64,000 nt of DNA from assembly GCA_051251855.1 (NCBI GenBank), contig JBPOGI010000007.1:64001-128000 (forward strand), written 5' to 3'. Shown here piece by piece: positions 30,860-40,500 of this stretch. Every line of letters begins with the position of its first letter. The stretch's first letter is position 1. The stretch is from Roseibacillus sp. (GTDB lineage: Bacteria; Verrucomicrobiota; Verrucomicrobiia; Verrucomicrobiales; Akkermansiaceae). The notes under the pieces are model-generated. The model made no database searches. It was not told the DNA's origin and was given only the letters and a program-made list of their open reading frames with translations. The translations under genes and the position numbers were made by a program.

Positions 30860-30993
30860 CTCGTAAAAGACTACGAACTTCGCCCCTTCGGTCAATCATG
30901 AACTCAGTATGAGCTCGCGCCACGCATTGATTCAAAGAGAGGCCTTGAGGTTGACCAACCTAACGATAGCAGGCATGGCTCCAGTCCGCCCGA

Positions 30994-31683
30994 GTGAAAC
31001 CATCCAACCAATCCAACCCTCTCCACGAAGCTCTTCGACTCGGCTGGGGCGGAGCCAAATCCAACCTCATCCCCGGGGCGGTGCTCTGGCTCATTGGACT
31101 CGCGCTTGTCGTCTCCTACTACCAACTCGACTCCGTGGCCATCGCTTTTGACCACATCGGTATTTGGAAAGACAACTTCTCCCCCTGGTTTGCAATGCTT
31201 TCGACAGGAATCTTCGGAAGCCTAGTTCCTTGGCTAGTCGGAGCCTTGTTTTTGCCGCAGGAGAAGAAACAACCGTTTCGCCGCGTGCCCTTTCTCTTTC
31301 TCTTTTGGGCCATTCATGGCTGGCAAGTGGACAAACTCTACGAACTCCAGTCGGTTGTCTTCGGAAGCGACCTCAAAACCTCCACCATCATATTCAAAAC
31401 CCTCGTCGATCAGTTTCTCTGGAGCCCCTTCCTAGCCACCCCACAGGTGCTTCTTTTTTACCTCTTCAGTGAACACGACCACTCGTTCCGTCATTTCAAG
31501 CAGGCTTTGCAGCGAAAAAATTTCCTGCAACGACTAATTCCCCTCCTTCTAACGAACTGGGTGGTGTGGATTCCCTCGGTGGCTCTCATCTACCTCTTCC
31601 CGCTCCCCTTGCAGCTCCCTTTGATGAACATCATCCTCGCGATCTGGTGTTTGATTCTCAGCTTCTTTGCAAAGAACGGGTGA
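30994..31683 (+). CDS. Membrane protein, Mpv17/PMP22-like
   Basis: Several TM segments; KTLVDQFLWSP and NWVVWIP...P.PLQ motifs. Confidence 0.65.
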   Translation: MKPSNQSNPLHEALRLGWGGAKSNLIPGAVLWLIGLALVVSYYQLDSVAIAFDHIGIWKDNFSPWFAMLSTGIFGSLVPWLVGALFLPQEKKQPFRRVPFLFLFWAIHGWQVDKLYELQSVVFGSDLKTSTIIFKTLVDQFLWSPFLATPQVLLFYLFSEHDHSFRHFKQALQRKNFLQRLIPLLLTNWVVWIPSVALIYLFPLPLQLPLMNIILAIWCLILSFFAKNG

Positions 31684-31880
31684 GACTTCACGCAGCACGG
31701 AACGCGGGTCTTTAGCCACTACCTCCTCCTGCAAAAACCTCTGCAAAAACCTCTGCGACCACTCCGCGACCTCTGTGGCTCTGCGTCCAAATCGAATTCC
31801 CCTCGCGCCCCACTTTAGGAAATCATCACACGATTGGGTATTCTCCCCTCCCTCTCATCCCGTTAAAACCCTCCCAACAA

Positions 31881-32528
31881 ATGACCGAACTCTACCTCAT
31901 CCGCCACGGCGAAACCGAATGGAACCGCTCCGGCCTCTGGCAAGGACTACAAGACTCTCCCCTCACTGAAAACGGTATCGAACAGGCCCAATGCCTTGGC
32001 CAGCGCTTTGCCGCCGAAAAAATTAAGTTCGACGCCATCTACACCTCCGACCTCGGTCGCTCGCACAACACCTGCAAATATCTCTGCGAGCCCATTGGCC
32101 AACTCGACGATATTCAAATCGACAAAGGCCTTCGCGAGCGCGCCCTCGGTCACCTGCAGGGACTCACCTTTGACGAAATCCGAGAGCAACATCCCGAAGA
32201 CGCCGAACTCCACGAATCCGGCGACCCTCACTTTGCACCCGGTGATGGCGAATCCTGGGCCGACACCTTTGCTCGTTCCTGCAAAGCACTTCGCACCATC
32301 GCACGCCGTCATGACGGCCAAAAAGTCCTCGCTGTTTCGCACGGCGGGGTATTGGGAATGGCCCTCCGCGATGCACTCGGTCTCAACCTTCTGCCTCCAC
32401 GCCGTTTCCAACTCCCTAACACCGCGCTCAACATCTTCAACTACGCCGACCACAACTGGACCCTCCGGACGTGGGGAGACACCTCCCATCTCAAGCACGT
32501 CACCGTCCTCGATGAAGTCGTGAAATGA
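31881..32528 (+). CDS. Histidine phosphatase (phosphoglycerate mutase family)
   Basis: LIRHGETEWN, SDLGR, GES, VSHGG. Confidence 0.93.
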   Translation: MTELYLIRHGETEWNRSGLWQGLQDSPLTENGIEQAQCLGQRFAAEKIKFDAIYTSDLGRSHNTCKYLCEPIGQLDDIQIDKGLRERALGHLQGLTFDEIREQHPEDAELHESGDPHFAPGDGESWADTFARSCKALRTIARRHDGQKVLAVSHGGVLGMALRDALGLNLLPPRRFQLPNTALNIFNYADHNWTLRTWGDTSHLKHVTVLDEVVK

Positions 32529-34186
32529 TTCGCTCCATCTCCAGCAAGAATAAATCCTCAAAGAATCCACCGGGATGCTTCGCTATCGGTTGGTGCCTCT
32601 TTAGCAGTATCTTCATCATTGCTGGTCTGGGCATCAGTATCCATCAAGCCAAGCTCTGGACCTGGAAAAAGGCCCCCTGCGAGATTCTCGAATTTCAGAT
32701 CCACGATCACCCCAACAAGGACGAACCTTTTACCCCAGAAGTTCGCTTTCGATTTCCACATCAAGGCCAAGAATTTTTCGGAACCAAGATCGAGCCCTCC
32801 AAGACCGAGTATTCGAAGTACGAAGTACTCGTCGAAATCGAACGCAAGGCACAAGAAAAAGGAATATGCTTTTATGACCCTAACCATCCTGAAGACGCCA
32901 TTCTCAAGCGCAGCACAGGTGGGGTTTGGGGAGGTCTCGCCTTTGCCGTGTTTGGCAGTTTCTTTTTCCTCATCGGAGTCGGAATGTTCCGCGAGAAAAA
33001 GAATGCTCCAAAAGCACTCTCCTCCAAAAGCAGCAGCGGGCAGCTCAAAGAAAGCGGATTCTTAGGCTTTGGTTTCTTCGGCCTCTTTACCCTCGTAGGA
33101 GTCGGAGTTTTCCTCGGACTGGTTCTTCCCACCGCTAAAAAATACCTCGCCGCCAAAACATGGGAACCTGTCAACGCTACCGTCATCTGGAGCAAGGTTC
33201 GTTCACACTCCTCCGATGACGGCACCACATACAGCCCCGACGTCTTCTATCGCTACCGATTCCAAGGAGAGGACTTTCGTTCTAACAACTTCTCACTCAT
33301 GTCCGGCAGCTCCAGCGGATACGATCGCAAGAAAGAGATTGTCGCCGCCCATCCACCTGGCCACACCTTCACCTGCTACGTCAACCCCAACGAACCCTGG
33401 CAAGCCGTCGTCCAAGCCAAACTCGGATGGTGGGCCCTCTTCGGTCTCTTCCCCCTCCCCTTTCTAGCGGTAGGACTTGGTGGTCTCTGGTGGATGCTCA
33501 AAGGCTCAAAATCTAACAAATCACCCAATCTGCCGATTCGCTCGGGCATCAAAGGGTCTTCCCCTCAACTTCCAAAGAAGCCGAAGTCAGGCAATCGTTG
33601 GGGCAAATTCCTTGGACACCTCTTTTTTGCCCTCTTCTGGTGCGGAATTGTCAGCGTCTTCCTCACCTTCGCTTGGAAAGACTGGGCCAAGGGGGATCCC
33701 GAGTGGTTCCTCATTATCTTCATGATTCCTTTCGTCCTGGTGGGTCTCTTCCTTCTTGGAACATTGCCTCACAGCTTTCTCGCCATCTTCTCCCCTCGCT
33801 TCGACCTCGACTTTCGGGACCCTGAACTGAAGCCTGGTCTCGCCACCAAATTTCGCTGGAAACAAAGTGGCGGCAGTGGCCAGCTCACCGAAATGACGAT
33901 CACGCTTGAGGGACGCGAAGAAGCGACTTATCAGCGAGGCACAGATCGCGCGACGGCGACTTCGCTTTTCTATCAGAAGGAAATTTTTAAGTCTTCTCAT
34001 CTCCCCGAGATGATTGCCAACGAGTGCGACCTTATCTTCCCTGCCGACACCCTTCCGAGCTTCGAAGGCGAACATAACAAAATCTGCTGGTGTCTCCGCA
34101 TGAACGCAGCGGTCAAAGCACGGCCCGATGTCCGCGAGGAAATCGAGATCACCCTTCAACCTCTCACCGAAAACGACTTCCGATGA
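32525..34186 (+). CDS. Membrane protein with two DUF3592-like domains and C-terminal arrestin-like domain
   Basis: Two W...C/V...Y(D/V)(P/N)..P..A modules flanked by TM helices; C-terminal PADTLPSFEGEHNKICW. Confidence 0.75.
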   Translation: MIRSISSKNKSSKNPPGCFAIGWCLFSSIFIIAGLGISIHQAKLWTWKKAPCEILEFQIHDHPNKDEPFTPEVRFRFPHQGQEFFGTKIEPSKTEYSKYEVLVEIERKAQEKGICFYDPNHPEDAILKRSTGGVWGGLAFAVFGSFFFLIGVGMFREKKNAPKALSSKSSSGQLKESGFLGFGFFGLFTLVGVGVFLGLVLPTAKKYLAAKTWEPVNATVIWSKVRSHSSDDGTTYSPDVFYRYRFQGEDFRSNNFSLMSGSSSGYDRKKEIVAAHPPGHTFTCYVNPNEPWQAVVQAKLGWWALFGLFPLPFLAVGLGGLWWMLKGSKSNKSPNLPIRSGIKGSSPQLPKKPKSGNRWGKFLGHLFFALFWCGIVSVFLTFAWKDWAKGDPEWFLIIFMIPFVLVGLFLLGTLPHSFLAIFSPRFDLDFRDPELKPGLATKFRWKQSGGSGQLTEMTITLEGREEATYQRGTDRATATSLFYQKEIFKSSHLPEMIANECDLIFPADTLPSFEGEHNKICWCLRMNAAVKARPDVREEIEITLQPLTENDFR

Positions 34187-34620
34187 GCACCTCAACCTCA
34201 GGGATCGAGATTGAGCTCGACCACTTTCACCACCAGCCCTTCCAAGAACTGAAAGGCAAAGTCCGTATCACGACACCAACCCCGCCCGAAGGTATGGAGC
34301 TCCGGGTCTTTTGGTTCACTCGAGGGCGTGGCGACGAAGAAGCCTCCATCATTCATCGTCTCAAACTCGAAACCGCCCAAGCGCTCACGAACTTCTCATG
34401 GAAACTTCCCGCTGCCCCCTACAGCTTCGCCGGCAAGCTCATCACCCTCGCTTGGGCTATCGAAGTTGTGGATGAAAACGAGCAATCCCTCGACCTTGTG
34501 CCCTTCCTCCTCTCCCCGAGTGGCGAAGAGGTTCAACTGGAAGCCATTCCTGACAACTCGCGCGCAGGAAAGCTCAAAGAAAAACTCGAGAAGAAATTCG
34601 GGCCACCGAGGAGCCAGTGA
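34183..34620 (+). CDS. Small hypothetical protein, arrestin-N/SpoOM-like fold suspected
   Basis: ATGA overlap with upstream gene; LKGKVRI, ELRVFWFTRGRG, LPAAPYSFAGKLITLAWAIEV. Confidence 0.65.
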   Translation: MSTSTSGIEIELDHFHHQPFQELKGKVRITTPTPPEGMELRVFWFTRGRGDEEASIIHRLKLETAQALTNFSWKLPAAPYSFAGKLITLAWAIEVVDENEQSLDLVPFLLSPSGEEVQLEAIPDNSRAGKLKEKLEKKFGPPRSQ

Positions 34621-35261
34621 AAGCTCACCTCAACCCCTTCGCTCCCGACCGGGTGCAGCGGCTCCTTCCCTTTGACCCTGAACTCATCGAGACCACTTGG
34701 GAACAACTTGAAACTCGCTGGGAAAACCTTCATCGGCGAGCGGTCATTACCGGCCCTCACGGCAGCGGAAAGACCACCTTCCTCAACACCTTTGCCGAGC
34801 GCCTCGCTGACACCTATCACGTCGAAACCCTCTTCTTTCACCGTGACGAGCACCGCCTCTCTCCCCAGCAAAGGAAACAAATCACTCGGCTCAAAGCCCC
34901 CTCTCGCACCATTCTCCTCGTCGATGGTGAAGGCCACCTCACTTTGCGCGAACGCCATTGGTTGCGCCACCAAAGCCAAGAGATGGCAGGCTACCTTGTC
35001 GCGCGCCATCACCGCTGCACCCTCCCCACTCTGCTTTCTCTCAGCGTGACCCCAAAACTTGCCCATCAACTCCTCGAACAGATTCACCCGGCAGAAGCCA
35101 CTCGTCGCGCAAACGATCTCCCCCAACTTCTTCGAAAAAAGAGCGGGAACCTACGCGAACTCTGGCTTAGCTTTTATGACAACTATGCGAGCCAAGACTC
35201 TCCTCCCTCTTCTGTTCCTCCTAACCCTGACCTGCAGCGGAGCCAAGCTCGCTCCCGGTGA
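34617..35261 (+). CDS. Small P-loop ATPase (AAA+/Hda-like)
   Basis: Walker A GPHGSGKTT, Walker B ILLVDG, C-terminal GNLREL; GTGA overlap. Confidence 0.75.
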   Translation: MKAHLNPFAPDRVQRLLPFDPELIETTWEQLETRWENLHRRAVITGPHGSGKTTFLNTFAERLADTYHVETLFFHRDEHRLSPQQRKQITRLKAPSRTILLVDGEGHLTLRERHWLRHQSQEMAGYLVARHHRCTLPTLLSLSVTPKLAHQLLEQIHPAEATRRANDLPQLLRKKSGNLRELWLSFYDNYASQDSPPSSVPPNPDLQRSQARSR

Positions 35262-36480
35262 GCCCCTGCCCTCCCTCACTCTCCCCACCGCCAGAGAGCA
35301 CAAGCCTCTCAGCACCGACTCCTTTCTCGGAAAGAAGACCCTCGTTCACATCTTTGCTTCCTGGTGAGCAGGCTGCCGTAAGCACGTGCCCGGGTGGCAC
35401 AACCAAACGAAAGACCTCGTAACAGAAGGCAAATTGCAAGTATTCGGCATCGCACCCGAACAATACGGCGATCGTATGGCTCTCTTTCTTCAATGGAAGA
35501 ACCTCGAATTCCCCGTCCTGATGGATCCCTTAAATGTGCTCAATGTCTCTGCCGTCCCCATCACTCTTCTCGTCGATGAGTCCGGAGTGATTCGCTACCG
35601 CAATCCCAAGCCTAGAGATCTAAAAGTCTTTTTAGACAAAGAATACCCCGAAACCGCAAGAGTCATCACTCCCGCTTCTCCTCTCGGACAAGAGCAGGCG
35701 CTGCGGGCGCTTCAAAATCGAGACACAGCCGAAATCGAGAGAGCTGCTACCATGTTGGCCTTACTCTCGACTTCGAATAAAAATCCTGAATTCACTTTTC
35801 AATCCGGCGTTCTTGCTCGCTGGCTCTTTGACAACGGAGGCGATCCCGAGAATTTTCAAACTGCGGTCCACCTCTGGAGCGACGCCCTTGCTCATCGCCC
35901 CGGTCAATACATCTGGCGCCGAAGAATCCAGCAATACGGTCCTCGCCTTGATAAGCCCTACCCATTCTACAACTGGGTCATCGAAGCTCGCAAAGACCTG
36001 CAAGCCGCTGGAAAAACGCCTCACCCGCTCCAAGTCGAACCATCAGGCTCGGAAGTGGCAGCCCCGCGCAAGAAAGGCGAACAAGGAAAAGAGTCCCCCA
36101 ACTTCCCCGACCCTAACAACAAGCTCCCCCACGAAAACGCCCTCCTCGAAATCACAACCACTACCATCCCGCATACCGACGCCCCCGAGAAGGGACGCCT
36201 CCACCTCCTGCTCACTCCTACCGAGAACGGGCATTGGTCCAGCGATGCTCAAAAGGTCGAGCTCTGGTTTCGTCCCGAAGAAGGCTCCCCCATCTTTCTC
36301 ACCAGCGAGGCCACTTCCCTCCCGGCTAATCTCGAGACCAGCAGCCTCCCCCGAGTCCTCGAAGGAGATTTCTCTCTTCCACAAAACTCCGCTGGGAAGC
36401 TGGTTCTCTTCTACTCCCTTTGCGAAACCGAGAATGCTGTTTGCCGCTTTCTCAAAACGGAATGGAAATTTCATCAGTAA
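35185..36480 (+). CDS. Probable selenoprotein: exported TlpA/AhpC-TSA-like thioredoxin-fold protein with UxxC site and long C-terminal extension
   Basis: ORFs 35059-35367 and 35386-36480 are in one frame, separated only by TGA 35365-35367, giving GKKTLVHIFASW-U-AGCRKHVP; cis-Pro loop SAVPITLLVDESGVIRY follows; SECIS-like hairpin downstream. Confidence 0.85.
35368..35400 (+). promoter_or_regulatory. Candidate bacterial SECIS element
   Basis: GTGCC-CGGGT-GGCAC hairpin (35386-35400); G-containing loop begins 24 nt after the UGA. Confidence 0.6.
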
Positions 36481-36555
36481 GCCCCTCCCGTTTATTGCAG
36501 GAACAAGAATGTCCCTGCTCCTTTGACTCAGCTGCCTTTTTCGTTAGTCTCCGGC

Positions 36556-36984
36556 ATGGCTAACGAACTCGTCAAAATACCCCGTCAGCGCGAGGTATCT
36601 CCTTGCCCGTGCAACAAGGAGAAGAGCTACGACCAATGCTGCATGCCCTTTCACTATGGCCGCGCCATGCCCGAGACGGCGGAACAACTGATGCGGTCAC
36701 GCTACACCGCCTTTTTCTTCCGACTCGTCGACTACCTCGTTTCCACCACTCACCCCGACAAGCGCGAGAAAGACCTCGCTCGCGAACTCGACAAAACCAT
36801 CTGGAATCCCAGTTGGCGAAAGCTCCAAGTCATTTCCCAATCGAAAGGCGGCAAAGAGGATAAAACCGGCAAAGTCGAATTCATTGCCACCTTTTCACTC
36901 GATGGCGAAAAACGCGAACTCCACGAAAAATCCCGCTTCCGCCGCTACAAAGGCAAGTGGATGTATGTAGATGGGAAAGGATAA
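36556..36984 (+). CDS. ychJ: YchJ family protein (SEC-C motif + NTF2-like)
   Basis: CPC...Y..CC, TAEQLMRSRYTAF, GKVEFIA, LHEKSRF...WMYVDG. Confidence 0.9.
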   Translation: MANELVKIPRQREVSPCPCNKEKSYDQCCMPFHYGRAMPETAEQLMRSRYTAFFFRLVDYLVSTTHPDKREKDLARELDKTIWNPSWRKLQVISQSKGGKEDKTGKVEFIATFSLDGEKRELHEKSRFRRYKGKWMYVDGKG

Positions 36985-36989
36985 CGAAA

Positions 36990-37595
36990 ATGAGCCTACA
37001 AGAAGAGTGGAACACACTATGCACCTCGTTGAATCTCGACGGCCTGCACTCTTGGACGAAGATCGAAGAATCCTACAGCAAGAACCAACTGGCTTATCAT
37101 AACCTCACTCATATCGCTGACTGTTTGAGCAAATTTCGAGCCTCACAACATCTTGCCCAAGACCCCGCTGCAATCGAACTCGCCATTTGGTTTCACGATA
37201 TCGTTTACGATCCCAAGGCCTCGGACAACGAGGAACAAAGTGCCCGCAGAGCTGAAAGCTTCCTATTGGATTCTCCTCTAACCACAAGGGTTACCGAACT
37301 CATTCTCGATACCAGCCACCGTCAGGAAGCAGAGACCTCCGACGGCAAGCTCATTTGTGATATCGACCTGAGTATTTTGGGGAGTGACCCAAAGAGCTAC
37401 CGTTCTTATGCAGATGCCATTCGAGAAGAATACTCTTGGGTAAATTCGACCGATTACATGCTCGGGCGCAGCCAAGTCTTAGAGAACTTTCTCAATCGAA
37501 AGAGAATCTTCGCTCTTCCCTACTTTGAAGAAAAATACGAACAGCAAGCACGATTGAACTTATCAGAAGAGTTAGAATCACTGACTAGTTGCTAG
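36990..37595 (+). CDS. Predicted HD-superfamily metal-dependent phosphohydrolase (COG4339-like)
   Basis: YHNLTHI, AIWFHDIVYDP, NEEQSA, DIDLSILG, IREEY. Confidence 0.85.
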   Translation: MSLQEEWNTLCTSLNLDGLHSWTKIEESYSKNQLAYHNLTHIADCLSKFRASQHLAQDPAAIELAIWFHDIVYDPKASDNEEQSARRAESFLLDSPLTTRVTELILDTSHRQEAETSDGKLICDIDLSILGSDPKSYRSYADAIREEYSWVNSTDYMLGRSQVLENFLNRKRIFALPYFEEKYEQQARLNLSEELESLTSC

Positions 37596-40500
37596 AAACC
37601 TCAACCCCCAGCTCCTGAAAGGCGGTGTTTTCCTTGGGATTTTTGGCTGGAGAGACCTGCCAGACGATCCACCGGAACTCCCCAAGAGATTCTCCCTTCG
37701 GAGCTCGCAATGAAAGTGCACTAAACGCTTCCAAGGATTCTTTTCCGCTCTTCAAAACTCCCAAAGGCACGAACCGTTCCGCGTTGGTGAGGTCCCAGCC
37801 TGGGTCTTTCTCATCTGCACTCCCATAGAGACGAACTGACTGATGTCCACGTCGTCCCCCTTCGTTGTGAGACCAACTCGTCATCGCCGAAATACTCTTC
37901 TTCTTCCCGAGGTCTAGTTTGTAGGCACCATCTGTGATCCCATTCCCAAAGACTGGTCCGTATCCTTCCTCCAAGCGACCATCGGTAAGAACCTTCGGCG
38001 AGTCATTGCTTGTCTTCTGATTCGTCATCACTGTTCCCTTCGACTTCTTAGGGACCAACTGATTGAACTCAGAAGCATTCGCGGCGGTCTCAAAAAACAC
38101 GCCCTCACCTAGATTCTTCGTCGTCGCCTTCTTTTCTTCGACGGTCTTCAACTCTTCCACAATGAGCGAACCTTGCATCACCCGCCAGTGACCGGGGAAG
38201 GTGCAGATGTAGGGATAGACTCCCGGTTCAGTGGGAGCTTCGAAAACCAGCTCCTGCTCCTGCTTGGTGGAAAGAAGCTTCGACGCTTGCAGGATTTTTG
38301 CACTCTCAGGGAGATACTCTTTTTCAGCGCCATCCGCTTGGCCAGCTAGCTTGTCCGCCAACGCCCCCATCTCCTCAACGCTTCCGGGAGCAATAAGCAC
38401 CCAGTTGTGCGGCATGATATCGGGGTTTTCAAAAATGAGACGCACCTTACTCCCCGGGGTTACTCGAACTTCCTTGGGAGCAAACTGAAGCCCTGCCGCC
38501 GCCTGCACCCGAACCACGTTCCCTCGCTCAGCCACCATCTCTTCGTATTCCTCAGCAAAGCCCTCCAGCTCATCAAAGCTCTTTGAATACTGAACTCCAG
38601 CGACCTCCTGCCCAACCGGATCATAGAGATAGGCCGGTGGCATGGTCTTGGTTTTGCGACGTCCACTCTTGAGTAAAATCTCAATCGTATTCAGCCCCTT
38701 CTCCAGCTCGACATTGACTTGCTGGTCACCGCTCCAAAGCGAGTCCTGACTAAAAACGAGGCGATCGTTCAGACGAATATCAATCGACATGTGCTTAATC
38801 GCAATGATGGCTGTTGTGGGTTCATCAGCTTGAACAAAAGTTCGGAAGAGCCCCACCCCCGGCAGAGGCTTGCCTTCGGTCGCTAGCTCTGTGGGAACCG
38901 CATCCCCCTTCTCTCCCAGAAACAACCAATGCGTCATCCGTGAGTTCTTATCAACTTCGAGAACCGGAACGCTGCGCCCCTTGAGAGGTTCAATACCAAG
39001 GTCAAGATAACTGAGAGAACTTTCCACATCCTTTGTGAGCGGTTTCAGGTTGGCGAGAACCGTCTCCACCTCCGGATAATTGGGCCGCAAGTGAGCGACG
39101 GCATCAATGACTTCAATTTGAACTCTGGGATTCGTCTCGGTTTCAACAAAAGACAAAAGGCCCACCAAGTCGGGCAATTCATCTGCCTGAATTCGAATCG
39201 CTTGCACGGCCGCTCCTCGGTAAAGGGCCAACTTGGATCGAAGCAAAACCTTCAGGAGGTCTGGCTGAACTACCCCAAGGCCTTCCCCCACAAAAATGGT
39301 CTCGAGCACAGCCTGCTCATAGTTCTCATCCTCTTTATCAAAGGCCGCCAACCAATCATTAACCGCGCCCATCCCTTGCGAACCCTGCTTTCGCAACTCA
39401 ATTCGGGCATGCTTCCTCACTAGGTCCTGAGGGTGCACGAGAAGAGAACAAAGCGCTTTGAGCGAAGCTCCTTCAATCTGCGGCCAATCCTTGGCGAGTG
39501 ACCCTTTCGAATACACCACTCTCCAAATACGACCAAAATCATGGTCCCAATGAGGACTCCGCATTGGGTGCTGGGCGTGCCCAATAATGGGGCTACAAAA
39601 ATCGGAAATGTAGAGCGCCCCATCCATCCCAAACTCCAAGTCCGCTGGACGAAACGCCGCGTTGGGAGAAGAAACAATAGTCAAAGGATCCTTTTTCCGA
39701 TTGAACCCGTTTTTAGATTCGAAAGCAGTCAAGGTCACGGCATAGCGGCCAAGAAGAGCCGCCGAGGCCATCCCTTGCTGATAGCGCTCGGGGAAGTTCG
39801 GACTTGAGACAATGGTCAGTCCCGAGCCCTTTCCGTAGGTTGCAATGTTCGCGTAGCCAAAGGGATGATAACCACCCAGAGGAGTCCAAATCAGCGCGGT
39901 GCCATCATAGGCATGGCCATCGCCATAGTTCTGAAAGATTCCACCCCAACGATTAAAGGTCACCTTCCATGGATTGGGCGTGGTGTGCTGCCACTCGGTG
40001 ACAATTCCGCCATCCTTCATATCGAGCCGATAAGTGGTGGCATCGATTCCGCGATGAACCCCCATGGGCGTTTCTAACTGTGAACGATGAAAGACCCCGT
40101 CGCAGAAGATGACATCGCCAAAAGGGTCCGTCGTGATCATTCCGCCATGGTGAGAATCCGTCACGTCAATCCCGCGCAGCAATTCCACCTGAGTATCGGC
40201 TCGATCATCGCCGTCGGTATCCTTCATCAACCAAAGACGAGGCTGCTCCGAAACGATGACCCCGTCGCGATGAAAAGCCACCCCATCCAAAGCATCGAGA
40301 CCATCCATAAAGGTCGTGATCTTATCCGCTCGCCCATCTTTATCGGTATCTTCTAGAATTACGATTCGATCGGGTGGCGTGAGACCCGGCACAGTGTGAG
40401 GAAAAGAAGGCATCGTCACCACCCACAGGCGGCCACGCGCATCAAAAGAAATCTGAACCGGATTGCGCAGCTCAGGGAACTGCTCTTCCGAAGCAAAAAG

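Noticed and set aside
23757..30900. Metal-efflux cluster as an island integrated at tRNA-Thr
   Set aside because: It lies on the 5' side of the tRNA; no integrase, transposase or flanking direct repeat seen.
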